From Camelus dromedarius (lineage: Eukaryota), in assembly GCF_036321535.1 (NCBI RefSeq), contig NC_087437.1, positions 10,790,001 through 10,854,000 of the forward strand: a stretch of 64,000 nt of DNA, written 5' to 3'. The translations under genes were made by a program, and so were the position numbers. This document shows, in pieces, positions 50,296 through 63,229 of the stretch (position 1 is the stretch's first letter; the number at the start of each line of letters is the position of its first letter). Below the pieces are notes generated by a model. The model saw nothing but the letters and a program-made list of their open reading frames with translations. It ran no database searches and was not told the origin of the DNA.

Positions 50296-51363
50296 TTTTT
50301 TTTTAAGGGAAGTAAGCCTTTATTTCCTTGTTTCACAAATAAAGCTGGCTGAGTTGGTTGCTTTTTGGTGATTAGTCAGAGGCCAAATCCCACATCCTCA
50401 TCTAACTCCTGAGACTCTTCCTCTGCTTCACCCTTGGCTGGGGCTGCAGTGGGTGTGGAAGCGGCCACGAGGTCAGCAGCCGCAAATGCAGATGGAACAG
50501 CCAAGAAGGCCTTGACCTTTTCAGCAAGTGGGGAGGTGAAATCAGTCGCCACAGACAAAGGCAGGACCCGCTGGTGCCCACTGATGATGGAAGGGGGTCC
50601 AGATGCAACCGCTGGGTAACTAGTCTGCAGATGGACACCAGCGACGTGGCGGACACCTGCCAGGAAGCGAGAGTGCACAGTCTCCTCCGTGACGTCAGCA
50701 CTTCAGGGTTGTAGATGCTGCCCATTGTCAAGCACCTGCTGGGTGATCAGCCCATGGAGAACGGGGAGACATGCAGCCACTTAGAATGTGGCTTCACTGG
50801 CTCCCAGTTGGTCTCCAGCCTTAATCAGCTGCACATCATTCAGGATGTCAGTGGTGCCCTTGGAGAGTTCGATGATGATGCCTAACGCCTGGAAGAAGGG
50901 GGTCTTCTCAGGCCAGGCCCAGTGTTCTGGGAGGGCCCAGTGACTTTACCCAGGGCCATGGCACCAGCACAGGCGGCAGCTGGCACCTTAATGGCCAGCA
51001 GCATGTCCCTGATCTCAGTGAGGTCCTCCTTGGTGAACACAAAGCCCACGTTCCCCTGGATGTGTGGCGGCAGTTTCTCCAGAGCTGGGTGGTTTTGCAG
51101 GTACCCTCAGATGGCCTTGCCTGCCAGCACCACAGCCTTCCCTCAGAGGGACACGCGGCTCTGCTGCGTCTGCTTGGAGCCCACATTGTCTGCTCCCACG
51201 ATGAAGCATTTAGGATAACATCCAGAAGTTGGATGATCTTTAGAGAGTAATTGGACTTCCAGGTCCCTCTTTCTTCCCTGGGTATCCCAGCAGTGCATGA
51301 GGGATGACCACACAAGGTTTAAGGACGATGTCACTCACACAACGGTGCCTGGTGAAAGGAGGG
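50296..51363 (-). pseudogene. RPLP0: Processed pseudogene of 60S acidic ribosomal protein P0 (uL10)
   Basis: Minus-strand fragments read (I)[48 protein letters not shown] and EDVGFGL. Intronless, with a pyrimidine-rich 5' leader (about 51363-51286), start ATG>ATA at 51285-51283, frameshifts and an internal TGA (51109-51107). Original TAA at 50374-50372, AATAAA at 50324-50319, A-tail at 50304-50296. Confidence 0.96.
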
Positions 51364-52825
51364 CGTTTTCCCATGGATTTCTGGGGCCATCAGAGCCAGC
51401 TCACCTTCTCCCAGTGAGCTCTGAGGAAGGTATTAATGTCTCTTTAGAAGCTGGATTATCCCTACCTCTTTTAGCATCCCTATTTATTAATTCTGCAGTT
51501 ACAGCATATCTTGCTAGACGTGTATGCAGTTTTATTTAGCATTCTCAATTTTAAACCTAGCTGGATAACATTCACCATTTGCTTTAAATCAGAGACATGA
51601 TCATTTTCTCCCTAAATCACTTTATTAGACACATACACACTATATAAATCTTTTGGGGGTACTTAATCTTTCTAGCCTGGGTTAGATCTATAATTAATAG
51701 TCTGGTTTTTCCACATTCCAAAATACAAAAACCTTAACTTTGTCCTACTCACTTGATTTTTAATGAGTAGACCCTGAGGGATTCAGATATTCCTAAATCT
51801 TGATAACATTCTTCAAAGAGACATGAAATGCCTATAGCCCTGGGGAGAAATAGCTTTAACTGCTCCAAGTCTAGCCTCATCAAGATTACAGTTCTCCAGA
51901 TACAGTGTCACTGAACAAAAGAAACGGCGAAGGATGAGAACTTACCCCACCAGATATCAAACACACTATGAAACCTCAGCGAGAAAAACAGGAGGAGCAA
52001 ATAAAGCAAAAAGCAAATTAATCCAATTTCAAGACTATCAAATGGAGAATCCAGTCCAGGTACATGTGGGGACTCATGTGTGGGATAAACTAGCATCGCA
52101 CAGACGGTTACTCATGTAAATATAGGAGATTATTTCTCAATTCCTGGAGTGAATGGAGAAGGCCTTTGTCAATAAACATGACATCAAACTAAAAAAATAT
52201 TAAGGAAAGACTGACTTACCTAACTGCTTTAAAACTTTAAACTTACAACAGCAAGAGACATCATAAACTAGCTTAAAGGACAAATGATTGGAAGAAAGTA
52301 TTTCCTCCATGCACAATAGATAAAAGTATTAGCCTTAGTGGGGCACTGAGTTTATTTTGGCTGAACACTGCCAGCCAGTGTGAACATCAATGAACAGCCT
52401 CAGGCAAGGATGAATGTTCCCACTGAAAAATGATCTTCTGAGATACAAGAATAAATATGAAATTGTATTTTAAGACTCTAAGTAGTACTATAATATTATT
52501 ATTAAAAATTAAGTATGTTTTTAAAGTTTGTCGTGATGATGTAGCAGTACAGTTTCTCAGCACCGCCAGCTGCTGGGCGGCCCCTCCTCACGGGTGCAGG
52601 GCTTAGGCAGATGCTTCCCCTGATGGAAAGCAGGGGTCCCTTTGGCTGTGTCTGCCAGCGTGGGCTACTGAGAACGGCGGGTTTGGTCTCAGATCAGTGA
52701 GCTTTCCTTCTTCTCTAATGGTAACAGAAAGGTAAAGACGTCCCTCCTCAGCTTCCAGACTGGCAGTCTTGGCAGCTGTCACGTGATCACAGTGCAGGGT
52801 CCATGCTTAAAGACAGTGTCTTCTG

Positions 52826-53107
52826 CGTAGAAAACGAACTTATGGTTACAGGGAGGGGTTGGGGAGGGACAAATTGGGAGTTCAAGATTTGCAGATACTA
52901 ATTGCTATATATAAAATAAACGAGGTCCTACTGTATAGTGCAGGGAACTGTATTCAGTATCTTGTAGTAACCTATAATGAAAAAGAGCATGAAAACAAAT
53001 ATATGTACATGTATGACTGAAACAGTATGCTGTGCACCAGAAATTGACACAACATTGTAAACTGACTATATGTCAATTAATAAATTAGTTAATTAATTTT
53101 TTTGAAT
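52826..53107 (+). mobile_element. L1 3'UTR tail
   Basis: Perfect 16-bp TSD aagacagtgtcttctg at 52810-52825 and 53108-53123. Confidence 0.9.
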
Positions 53108-53509
53108 AAGACAGTGTCTTCTGAAGGTTTAAGAAACAAACAGAAGATTTTTGCCCTCACATTAACAGGTAAACAGAAGTGGGGCACAGAAGCCTGCTAG
53201 GAAGCCCCCAGAAGCATCTGCTGAGCTAAATGTTGAGAAGTTAGCAGCCGCCCAGCAGGCGCAGAAAGCAGCTGGAAGGAGCGGGGCCTCTTGGAAAAGC
53301 CTTGAGTCCTTGATTCTGATTTAAAGCGAAGATGGAAGAAGCCAGAAAAAGTGGGTCTAGATCGTGATGTTCTTGGGAGCCATACTGAGGACTGCGGATT
53401 TTATCTGTAGAGAATGTCTTCAGGAAGACCAGGCAGATTTATATTTTTCAAGGATGCCCGTGAATATTCATGTGCCTGCCTTCATTTTGCAAGTGATAAA
53501 AAATTTTGT

Positions 53510-53680
53510 ATGTGCCTTACAATAATCAGTTCATTTACTTCTTGTAACAGCTATGGGGCAGGTCACTGTTTTTGTCTCCATTTTGCAGTTGAGGGAACTG
53601 AGGCAAAGGTTAAATCCTTTGCCTAGCATGACGCGGTTATCGGTGGAACAAAGGCAGGCAGTCTGGACCCCACCTCTTTC
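53510..53680 (-). mobile_element. MIR fragment
   Basis: ctccattttgcagttgagggaactgaggcaaaggttaaatcctttgcctag. Confidence 0.7.
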
Positions 53681-55219
53681 CTATCTTACACTGTTTTTGC
53701 TTGTGTCTCTTTAAGAACATATATGTTTTCTTGAGAAAAGGGAGTCAAAAAAATTTTTTTCCATGTGATTTCTTCCATGCCACCTACCAAGATAGAATGT
53801 TCTTTGGCTTCTAAATAGAATCACTTGGGCAGCTCAGCTTCCCCGCTCCCTCTAACCCTGCAGCTGCTCCTTGGCCCCGTTAGTCTTGATCCCTGTGTCC
53901 CTCCTTTTCTGGACAGGCTAGGAACTCTCTTGGCTTCCAGTGTTGCCAGCATAGCCCCAGCCAGGAGAGGCGAGGCTTGAGACAGGGTGGCAGGGGTTGC
54001 CTGAGCCTTTCTCTTCTGAATCAGTGGTGCCTATGCCACTAATCTCCACAACAGGGGAGAGGAGACAGAGCACTCAGTAAGGTCACCTTGCACTCACCTG
54101 CAAATAATCCTGATGGTCGTTCAGTCCACCACCATCATTTACTGAACAGCACCTCCTCAGGTGCCCGGGGCCGTGTTGGGAGGTGGAGGTGAGACAGGAA
54201 AGTAGAAATGAAGGGAAAAGAAGGTGTGTAGGCCACGATCGGTGATTTTTCCATCCCGGGTTCTCATCCAGGCTACGTTTCATCACTAGTATTGTGTCAA
54301 CAAATGGTGGCATGATTCTTATAAGCAGTTGTGGCGCTGTGGCTTAGAGGTCTAGTTGATAGAAGGCGTTGTGTACCCACCTCCCACCCCATGATTTTCC
54401 ATTGACCACACTGTAAATCCTGTACGTCTGCCTCAGGGACCCTCTAATAGGTGCCTCACTGCTAACTGGAAGGATCAAATATTCATAATCATCGAACCCT
54501 GTGCTGTGAGAAGAGCAAAGTATCAACATGCACCTCTTTTCAAAAATTCAAATAATTGCTGAACAAAGGCAGAAAATGCAGGAGACTTCGATTTCAATTT
54601 ACTTATTCACCGATGAACCTTGTGGTTTTTCTTTAGCAGAGGAGGAAGGCTGATAGATGATATCTCAAAGACTGGTAAAGACTTGGGGAGTAGTAACAAC
54701 CTAGAAACCAAAATGATGGGAAAATTTTCCTTCTATTTTAGAAAAATTGTTCGAGAAAATCAGGTTGAATAATTTGTTGGACATTGTTATTTCATCCCTG
54801 ACATACCTGTATCCATGAAACATGAAGCCTTGTAATGAGATTCAACCTTACTTCAGGTCATTATTATAAATATACTACAAAAAAAAAAGTGTCTTATTCC
54901 CCCTAATTCACTGTAGTAGTCATTGGATGCACTTTTATTACATAGTTTCGATTCAGTTAACTTAGGGTCTTAACTTTCTTCTATTCAGCAAAACATTTTA
55001 GCATTTAAAACTTTGATAACACATGATTTTTAAATTCCTTCATTTTACACTTTTATTACTTCATTTATACTTTAAATTTAAGATTTGCATAAATTTACAA
55101 AAATGCAAGCATAATAATGTTCTTCACAGCATTATTTATAAAGCAAAAAAATTGGAAAGAATCCAAATGTCTCTAAACAGGAAACTGGTTATTAATTCAG
55201 AATAATATTAAAAATGATG

Positions 55220-55348
55220 CACAGAGAATATAGTCAGTGTTTTATAATAACTTTGTATGGAGTATAATCTATAAAAAATATTGAGTTACTATGTTGTACA
55301 CCTGAAACTAACGTAGTATAAGTCAACTATACTTCAATTAAAAAAAAA
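55220..55348 (+). mobile_element. Short L1 tail nested in an ancient L1ME-like 3' end (about 55100-55650)
   Basis: gtacacctgaaactaac...ctatacttcaatt-An. TSD taaaaatgatg at 55209-55219 and 55349-55359. Confidence 0.82.
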
Positions 55349-57527
55349 TAAAAATGATGAAGTAGGTCTGTAACTATTGATATAAAAAGTTATTCACCAT
55401 ATAGTGAGTTTTTTTAAAGATTACAAAAGCAGGCTGTTATCTTTTTTTTAATTGTATGTTTAGAAAAGAAGTCTAGGAAGATGTAAGTCAAAATGTTAAC
55501 AGTGTGACTGACTCTCAGTGAATCTGCAGACGGTTTTCAGTTACAACTTTCTGTCTTGTGTGTTGTGTAAGGTGACTTCCTAAATTATTAATTATCATTT
55601 TTATATATAGCATGTATAATTTTGCAGATGGAAAAATATTTTTCTGTTTAAAATTAAACTTGAAAAGGTACAAGGAACTCTGAAAGAAGTTTACTGTTAA
55701 TTATTTAAGCATATAAAAAATTTCTGCATGGTGCACATTAAATCAGCACTCTCACCTGTTTTTGAACTTTTCCCCCTTCCGTACCTGCTGAAATGCTATT
55801 AACACCTTCCCCATCCCACGCCTGTTGCTCTTTGTCCTTCATCTGTCCCGCTCCCCCTCCTTTGAGCTGAAACAGCAGACTCTTCTCCTCAGTATACCCA
55901 TTCTCCATGAGGATGGGTTTGAGGTAGAACATTAAAATTGGCGGTCATCCTTAAGCCTGTCCTTTACCTAGACCAGTCAGTTAGGAAGTACCGATGAATC
56001 GTTGGTGCGTGTCACTGGTGAAGAGTGTACTTGATCAGACAGCTTGTCTGGAGTGACACGGACGTACGCTCTACTGAGGGTGCCTAAGTTCCGCCCAAGG
56101 CTTTGCATTCCAGAAACTGGAACAAGGTGGTTTTCTTCTTCAAAGGCAGAAAAAAATGTGACTCAGATCTCTCTTTGGCTCTTTTTAGACTCTAATAAGG
56201 TCATTACTTAGTCTGAACTGAAAGACCACAATTTTTTTTAAAGAATCTTGCCAATTCCCAGGTGTTTTGTGTCTGCCTTTGGTACTGCTGGTTTTGATCA
56301 TCTTGAACCCTGGCCGGGTTGGCTCAAGTGCTAGTTTCACCATTTGGGCAAGGGAAGGACAAGATCACAAAGAGCAGGCAGAGAGGCAGACGTTCTGAAC
56401 AAACCTATGTACTGGGGAGTCTATTCATTGTGGTGTATAGTGAATATAAGAAACTGGTCTCTCCCTAGAATAATTATAGCAAGTTAGGACAGGTGCAGGA
56501 AAACTTACGCAAGGTTTGTTCAAACTTCAGCAGAGTCTTGGGAGGACTTTGAAAGGCCTTGTTACCATCAGCCTCAGCAGGTCATTAAAAGGCAATGTTT
56601 CTTTTATTCCTTGATTACTGAGAGCATGCTCCTGGGTCTTCCTAGAGTCTCAGAGTCTTCCCGAGGTACGGGGTGGTGGTAGACCTCAGGCGCACTTCCA
56701 TGGCCTTTACGTATCTTTTTCATATTTAACATTAGCTTTTGCTAATTTTTTCCCCTTTTCCCTTTTGGTTCCTTCTTACCCACTTTCTCTAATGCAGCTG
56801 AATTCTCAACACCAAAAATACAGGAACTAAAACTCAAGGATGAAGTGAAATTAGAGAATGGAGAGAAACAGGTGGATTCTGGGATCTTCAGAAACCTAAA
56901 TTACATTTTTTAAAATTGCTTTGGTTGTTTCCATCTGGGGGGAGCCCTGTCCCAGGAAGCCCCTATGTCGGAGCCTGTTCATCCCTCGCTCAGCTGGGAC
57001 AGCCCCCTCCAATGTGTTAAAGTTTCCGGACGGAAAGTCAGCGCTTGCTAACATCTATCAGTTTTTCTTTAACAGAGAGCTTCGTGGATTTTGATGTCCT
57101 CAAATTTAGAGACAGGAGCGGCCTCTCGCCCGGTGTCACTGGGTCTCACCGACGGCTGCTGCTGGGCTGTTCAGCTTAGGTCGGCCACTGCCCGGGAATA
57201 ACCCGAATCAAGGCGCCCCCCCCCCCACCGCCCACCTGCATTTTCTCGGTCAAATGAAGGTCTGCTTGAAGACAAGGGGAGGCGGGGGCGGGGGGAGTAC
57301 TGTGGGGACAGGGAGTCAGCTGGTCAGGAAATAGGACAGGAGATATCAGTAAAAGCACAGGCAGGTGCCCTTTGGGCTGCGGGGGGTGAAATGTGGTCTG
57401 AGGCGCAGGTCGATGCTAAGGTGACGCGGTTCCAGGTCCGAGCGCATCACCTCGTCTCTCTGCACACTCCTTGAACCAGACGCTCCTCTCTTCCCCGACT
57501 TGGAAGAGGAAAGGGTGCTGGTGTTGA

Positions 57528-57653
<126 letters not shown>

Positions 57654-58335
57654 GGTCGGTGTCCCCGCACCTCGGCTCTGGTGGTCTTATTTTTATTACA
57701 CTTTGAACCGTTTTGTGATGGAATGTCATGCCCCCCACCCTGTTCCTTTGTTCTCCCTCCCCATCCCTTCGCGTTTAGTTCCCTTTTTAATTTCTATTAA
57801 CTTGAAAGATTTGGGGTTTTTTTTTTCTTTTTTCCCACCTCAGCGTGGCTGGGAACTTTCGTTTTCAGTGCAAACAATGTTGGATCTGTCGTAATAAGAG
57901 CTTTCTTACAAAGCTTTGTATTACCGTGTGGTTTTGTTTTTGGTTTTTTGGTTTTTTGGGGTCGTTTTATTTTGATTTTTTTTTCCTCTTATGTGATCTT
58001 CGGGAAAACACAGATTCAGAGTTATATCTCGTTTCTACTTAAATGTAGTGCTTAGGGTTAATTTTTTTGTACTGAAGTCTTTATTGGTGGGTGCATGCCA
58101 CTGGGAACAAGTTTTTGTAAAAAAGCTTCAATCAGAATCACTGTGCATTACTGAGACTCTGTTTATCACTAGCCTTCTGTCCCCAGGCAGAAGACTATTG
58201 AACAAAATAATATGTATTTTGATTTACTTAAAGTGCTTGTAAATTTCTTAGGGACCTGCCACTTTTGACTGTGGATCAGTTGATGTACACTTGTATTATT
58301 AAAGCACTCAATAAATCACTGTGGCTGATAAATGC
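57654..58335 (+). other. UBE2E2: 3' UTR of the terminal exon (end approximate)
   Basis: U-rich sequence with no repeat I recognise, running from the stop codon to tandem polyA hexamers. Confidence 0.75.
58298..58315 (+). promoter_or_regulatory. Tandem polyadenylation signals ATTAAA (58298-58303) and AATAAA (58310-58315)
   Basis: Both hexamers seen directly, with TGTA motifs just upstream (gatgtacacttgtatt) and a GT/T-rich stretch downstream. Confidence 0.75.
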
Positions 58336-59324
58336 ACTTCTGGTAACCCGGCGTTTGCTTTGCATCCTAGTCGCCGGCTGAGCCCTACGTACGAGGCTTG
58401 TCTAATTCAATTACAGATTTGAGTGTATTTTTCTTGTATTTCTGAGTGTATTTCTCAAACCTCGAATATTTCTTCACAGTCAAGTTGCTTAACATGTGGA
58501 ATTTCCCCAGCTATCAATAGCCTGATGATCTGATGGTTGTTTCAGATCCCTGTGGTTTTACATCTTGGCTGGATGGCACTTTCTCATGGACATCTTTCCT
58601 GTTACAACTGTCTTTAGGCAACAGTTAAAAATGTGTGACTCCAAAAACCGGCTTCTGGTGAAAGTGAAGTCTGAGGTGATCGTGGTGTTAGGTTCCTTTT
58701 TAATTTATTTCTCTCCTTTTTTTTCTCTTAAGATTGTTCTAATGATTGCCCTTGAGTTTGGGGGTGTTTTTTCTCCATAATTTTAGTGGAAGAAGTAAAC
58801 TCCACTTGTGTTAATCACGGCTAGCACAGTCAGTGACAAGGGTATGTCTGTCTGACTTTGACCTTCAGCTATTTTAGGGATGCAGCTAAGGAGGCAGAGG
58901 AAACTCGTGTGTGGTGCAGCTTGAAAACCACACTGACATGCTGATTGATATTCAGGGTTCTTTGTGTTACAAGGCATGTTGGAAACTCCTGCTTCCGCTA
59001 ATTACAGTTACAAGCCCACCATACAGCTTGGTCTAGTTTAAGGACCATCTTTCCTGATCAATAATAGGATTTACAAATGTAAGTCATTTACCTCTAAATA
59101 TTTCTGATTGAAATTTTAGTATCTTTATCTGAAACGTTTTAAATATCTGATTTAGAAGGTGCAGCTTTTGTTGGGTTTTAATGGTTAAAAAGAAATCCTA
59201 AAGAAAATATGTCTTAACATTGAAAATGTTACTTTTAAACTCAAGTACCTATGGATTTTTTTTAAATAACAATTTTACCATTCATTTTATTTGGAAACAC
59301 GTTCCAGCATACCACAACACTGGA

Positions 59325-59476
59325 TGGCCTCAGTTCCAACTACTCAATTCTGTAGTTGTAGCCAGAGTAACCACAGACAATACATATGAATGAGTACAGC
59401 TGTGTTCCAAGAAAACTTTATTAACACAGCAGTCAATAGCCAGATTTAGCCAGTAAGTTGTAGTCTTCCACTGCCC
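59325..59476 (+). mobile_element. MER58-like hAT-Charlie fossil
   Basis: caactactcaattctg...cagacaatacatatgaatgagtacagctgtgttccaagaaaactttatt...ccagatttagcc. Confidence 0.75.
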
Positions 59477-59754
59477 GTTACAGACCACCATAGACTGGGG
59501 GGAAAAAGTCAGATTACTGTGTGTTTAACATCTCTTTCCTTAAAAATAAGCAAATAAATAAATAAATAAATGTCTTTCCTTAAAATAATATAAACATAAT
59601 TAATATAATACAAGATTAATTTTTTGAAAACTACCCAGAATATTTTATTCCCTACAGACTTTCTCACCACAAGGGTTTTTATGTTTACTTTAATACCTTA
59701 GATTAAAAAAATTGAACTCTAAAAACATTGAACCATTTTATTTGAAATTTTATT

Positions 59755-59758
<4 letters not shown>

Positions 59759-59792
<34 letters not shown>
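59759..59792. repeat. T34 homopolymer
   Basis: Pure T run with no recognisable retroelement body or TSD beside it. Confidence 0.9.
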
Positions 59793-59795
<3 letters not shown>

Positions 59796-60916
59796 TTTGA
59801 CTGATTCAACCAGGCTCGGGATATTAATACTGACTTTTATAGACAATATTTAAATTCAGTTTGCCTTTCTTCTTTTAAAATGTCAACTCCATTGGACACA
59901 CATTTTAAATGATATATCCAATATATTTCATCTACATCTCATATCTGGTTGTACTTCAGATCATTTTAAAATCTGTGTTATTTGGGAGCCTAAGATTATA
60001 ACAATTCTAGTAGGAAATCCTATCACAAATCCATGTTTGCTATTCCATGAGCCATTTTCAGGTTTTATGTCAATTTGATATGAAGAGTCTATAAAACTTC
60101 TTCCCTTATGTTATGAACTCCAAGTACTTAATGACAAACAAATGTACCCCCCACCTTCAAACTGGGAAAGCTGGAGACACTCCAGAGAGACCAACAAACT
60201 CTTAGTTGAGCCTGTTAAGTCTAGATTCCAGATAACATGGGAATTTTACTTGAAATCTGTAATCACAGCAGGCAATACAGTTCTAATAAGTTTTCAATAA
60301 TGTTTGTAAAATAAGATTTGGGAGTAGTTTGGCACTCAGAAAGCTAAATAACTTTGCTAATCATTATGGGAGTAACATTGACTTTGTACCCTAATATTAT
60401 TTAACTTTCCAAACCAATGTTTGCTAGTTGTGGTATCTTGTAGCTTTGTTAAATAAAAATGTTAGCAGATCTTTGACTGAAGCAGGGCCATTGGTCATTG
60501 AGAAAGTAGTTCGAAATGATATTTATTGATCTTAAATAATTTAGAAGGTTGTGGCTTCAATTTGTCATCAAACTGCAAATAAATAGAACATTGTTCATTT
60601 GTTCCTCTACAAGAGTCCACTGAAGATAGCAAATGCAGAGGTAATCAAAGTTTTCTCTTTTTTTTTCTGCTTAAAACTTTACTAATTTAAAGCATTTATT
60701 CAGGAAAGTTTTCTAAAATGGATTGCACTTTGTTGCCATTTTTTTTTCCTCGATCTTTTCTTCTTATTCCAAGATGAGAGAATAAACCTAGAAGTTTATC
60801 CTGGAATACTGGTTTGGGAATTATGAAGAAAGGAAATATTTACTCGGAATTTACTGTACACCAGGCCGTATGTTACCTTATAAGACCTGAGCCTAGCCCT
60901 GTAGGGTGAAGGTGGC

Positions 60917-61264
60917 TGTCACAGTCTGAACATTTATGTTCCCCCAAATTTGTGTATTGAATCCTAATCCCCAAGGTGATGGCATGATGAGGCGGGGCCT
61001 TTGGGAGGTGACTGGGTGACAAGGGCAGAGCCCTCGTGGCTGGGATCAGTGGTTTTATACAAGAAACCCCAGAGCTCCCTTCCATCACGTGAGGACACAG
61101 TGAGAAGCTGCAGTCTACAGCCAGGAAGAGGGCCTGCACCAGAACCCAACCACCTTCGTGTCTGAGCTTGGACTTCCAGCCTCCAGATCTGGGAGAAATA
61201 AGTTTGCATTGTTGATAAGCCACCCAGCATGTGGCTCATACAGCAGCCTGAACAGACTAAGACA
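60917..61264 (+). mobile_element. Solo MaLR LTR (MLT1A-like)
   Basis: TG...CA ends, internal ggggcctttgggaggtga and cttggacttccagcctccaga, terminal gactaagaca. 5-bp TSD gtggc at 60912-60916 and 61265-61269. Confidence 0.9.
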
Positions 61265-63229
61265 GTGGCCCTCCGTCATGCCCAGCAAACAGGGTACTAT
61301 AGTGAGACTCCCACCCAAGCGTGTGACACCGGACCCTTGCCATCAATTAAAAAACCACATATGACCACACTATGAAAATTAATTGGTATAATTCAGTCTT
61401 AGAGTCAATGGGCTGTACAAGTTTTAGGTGCTGGGGGGTTTGCCATCTTCAATAAATTGGGGAAAATATCGAAGGAGGTGCAGACCTGGTATTAGGTGGG
61501 AGATCAAACAGCACTTCCAGTCTATAAGCTGCCGCCTTATGATTGGTCCAGCCGTGGGGTGACGTCACTTGGGAGACCTTGAATGACTCTGCATCTCTGT
61601 GCTGCAATAATGGGGCTGTTAACTCTTATCACACTTGGCAGTTTTTCATGTCTCTGTAATAATCTGTGCTTTAAAAAGAGCTGTGTTCAGAGTTAATACT
61701 AAAAACAGTTGAAATTGTACAAAGGAGCCCTAACAGAGGATCCTGACCCACCCATGTATTTTATTTCAAAGTAGCTTTGTAACCTATCAAAGTGTCCCTT
61801 CTGTACCAGGCTTTTGGGGGTGCGGGGTGGGCCTCCAGCCACACGGGCATGTCCCACATCCTAAAGTAGGTCTGTCGTTGTTCTCAGAGGAGACCTACAG
61901 CAGGCCCGGTTGTCTGCTGAACCACAGCACTTTAAGCTCCATCAGATGTGGGAACTCTTGGATTTGACAGCGGCCTCGGGGGACCTCCCGTGGATGTGCC
62001 TTTGCCTCCTCCGTGCTCCCGCTGGGCCTGGAACGTTCCTCCTCCACTCTCACGTTTCCGCCATGAGCACTGGTGACGTGCAGCAGGGTGACCCGCTTAC
62101 CCCTGCTGGGGTGGGGCACCCCCCGTTTTAAAACAGAAAGTCACATGTCAGTCTGGGACAAACCAGGACTGGTACGAGCTTTTGGACCAGGACTCAATTT
62201 CAGCCAAAGGGCGCAGGCATTACACAGGGCCGGTGTGGCTCGCAGAAATGTTTTACTTGAGGAATAGGGTTTTATTTGATGTACAGAGATCCTTTTAGAA
62301 GAGATGTGCCCTCCACAGCCGCAGGAAGTCCTGTGTATTCTGCTCTCTCTGGCTTTCACACCCCGACATCTTCACTCAGTCCCTGCTTCTAGGGGCCAAT
62401 GAGAGATTTAAACCAGCTGCAATCTCTCTTTACATCTTGAAACGTGACTACAGGTATGTATGCCTTTCTCTGAGGCATGTTACTGACTACTAATGAGTAG
62501 TCTTAAGCATAATATGCCTTTTGAGAGGATTTTTTTTAAAGAGAAATTCCTGAATTTCAAAAATCTCTCACATATGAGACCCACACAGGAAAATGCAGGA
62601 GATAATGTGATCACTTGTCTCTCTTATGATCCATTTATATGTCTGCATAGTCCAAGTCGGGGCAACCCCAGCCACTCCAGAACGCCCAGCATCACGGTTT
62701 CCAGTTCTGGTTGTAGAAAAACCTTACCCAGTAACCCCTGCATCTTGGAGGGCTGGTGTGCCCCCTGATCCTACTCATATCATCCCCTCCTCCCACACAA
62801 CATTGTCCTCTCGTCCCTCTTTTAAAAAAATTAGTTGGGAAGTCAGAGTTCAAGATGACAGTCACATCCTGGTTTATAATAAATTTAGACCTTCTGAGAA
62901 ATTCTGTCATGCTCTGCAACAGAAAAGGAGCAGATGCTTTACAGTTGGTGCTACTGGACACGCTGAGAAACACCAAGCGAAATTCTCCCATTTAATCTGT
63001 GGCACAGGGACAGTGCAGAGGAGCAGAGAGACCGCGCTCGCCGGGGACCGCCTGCCTGTGCTGAGGTTCCCTACGCGCAGGGTGATGACGTGCTCTGTGG
63101 TCTGTTCAGTCTCCAGCGTGGAACTCCAGACAAACAGACGAGGACGGCCCCACCGGGGTCTCCGATGGTTGCACTCCCATCCTTTAGGTGGACAAACAGC
63201 TCCCAAGTAATAGGATTTAAAATCAAAGC

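Noticed and set aside
16278..55094. Identical 14-mer atttatgcaaatct near 16278 and its reverse complement at 55081-55094
   Set aside because: AT-rich, 39 kb apart and with no extension of similarity; plausibly chance.
62626..63210. 194-aa plus-strand ORF downstream of the gene
   Set aside because: No recognisable homology, splice structure or promoter; several overlapping ORFs on both strands indicate stop-poor DNA.
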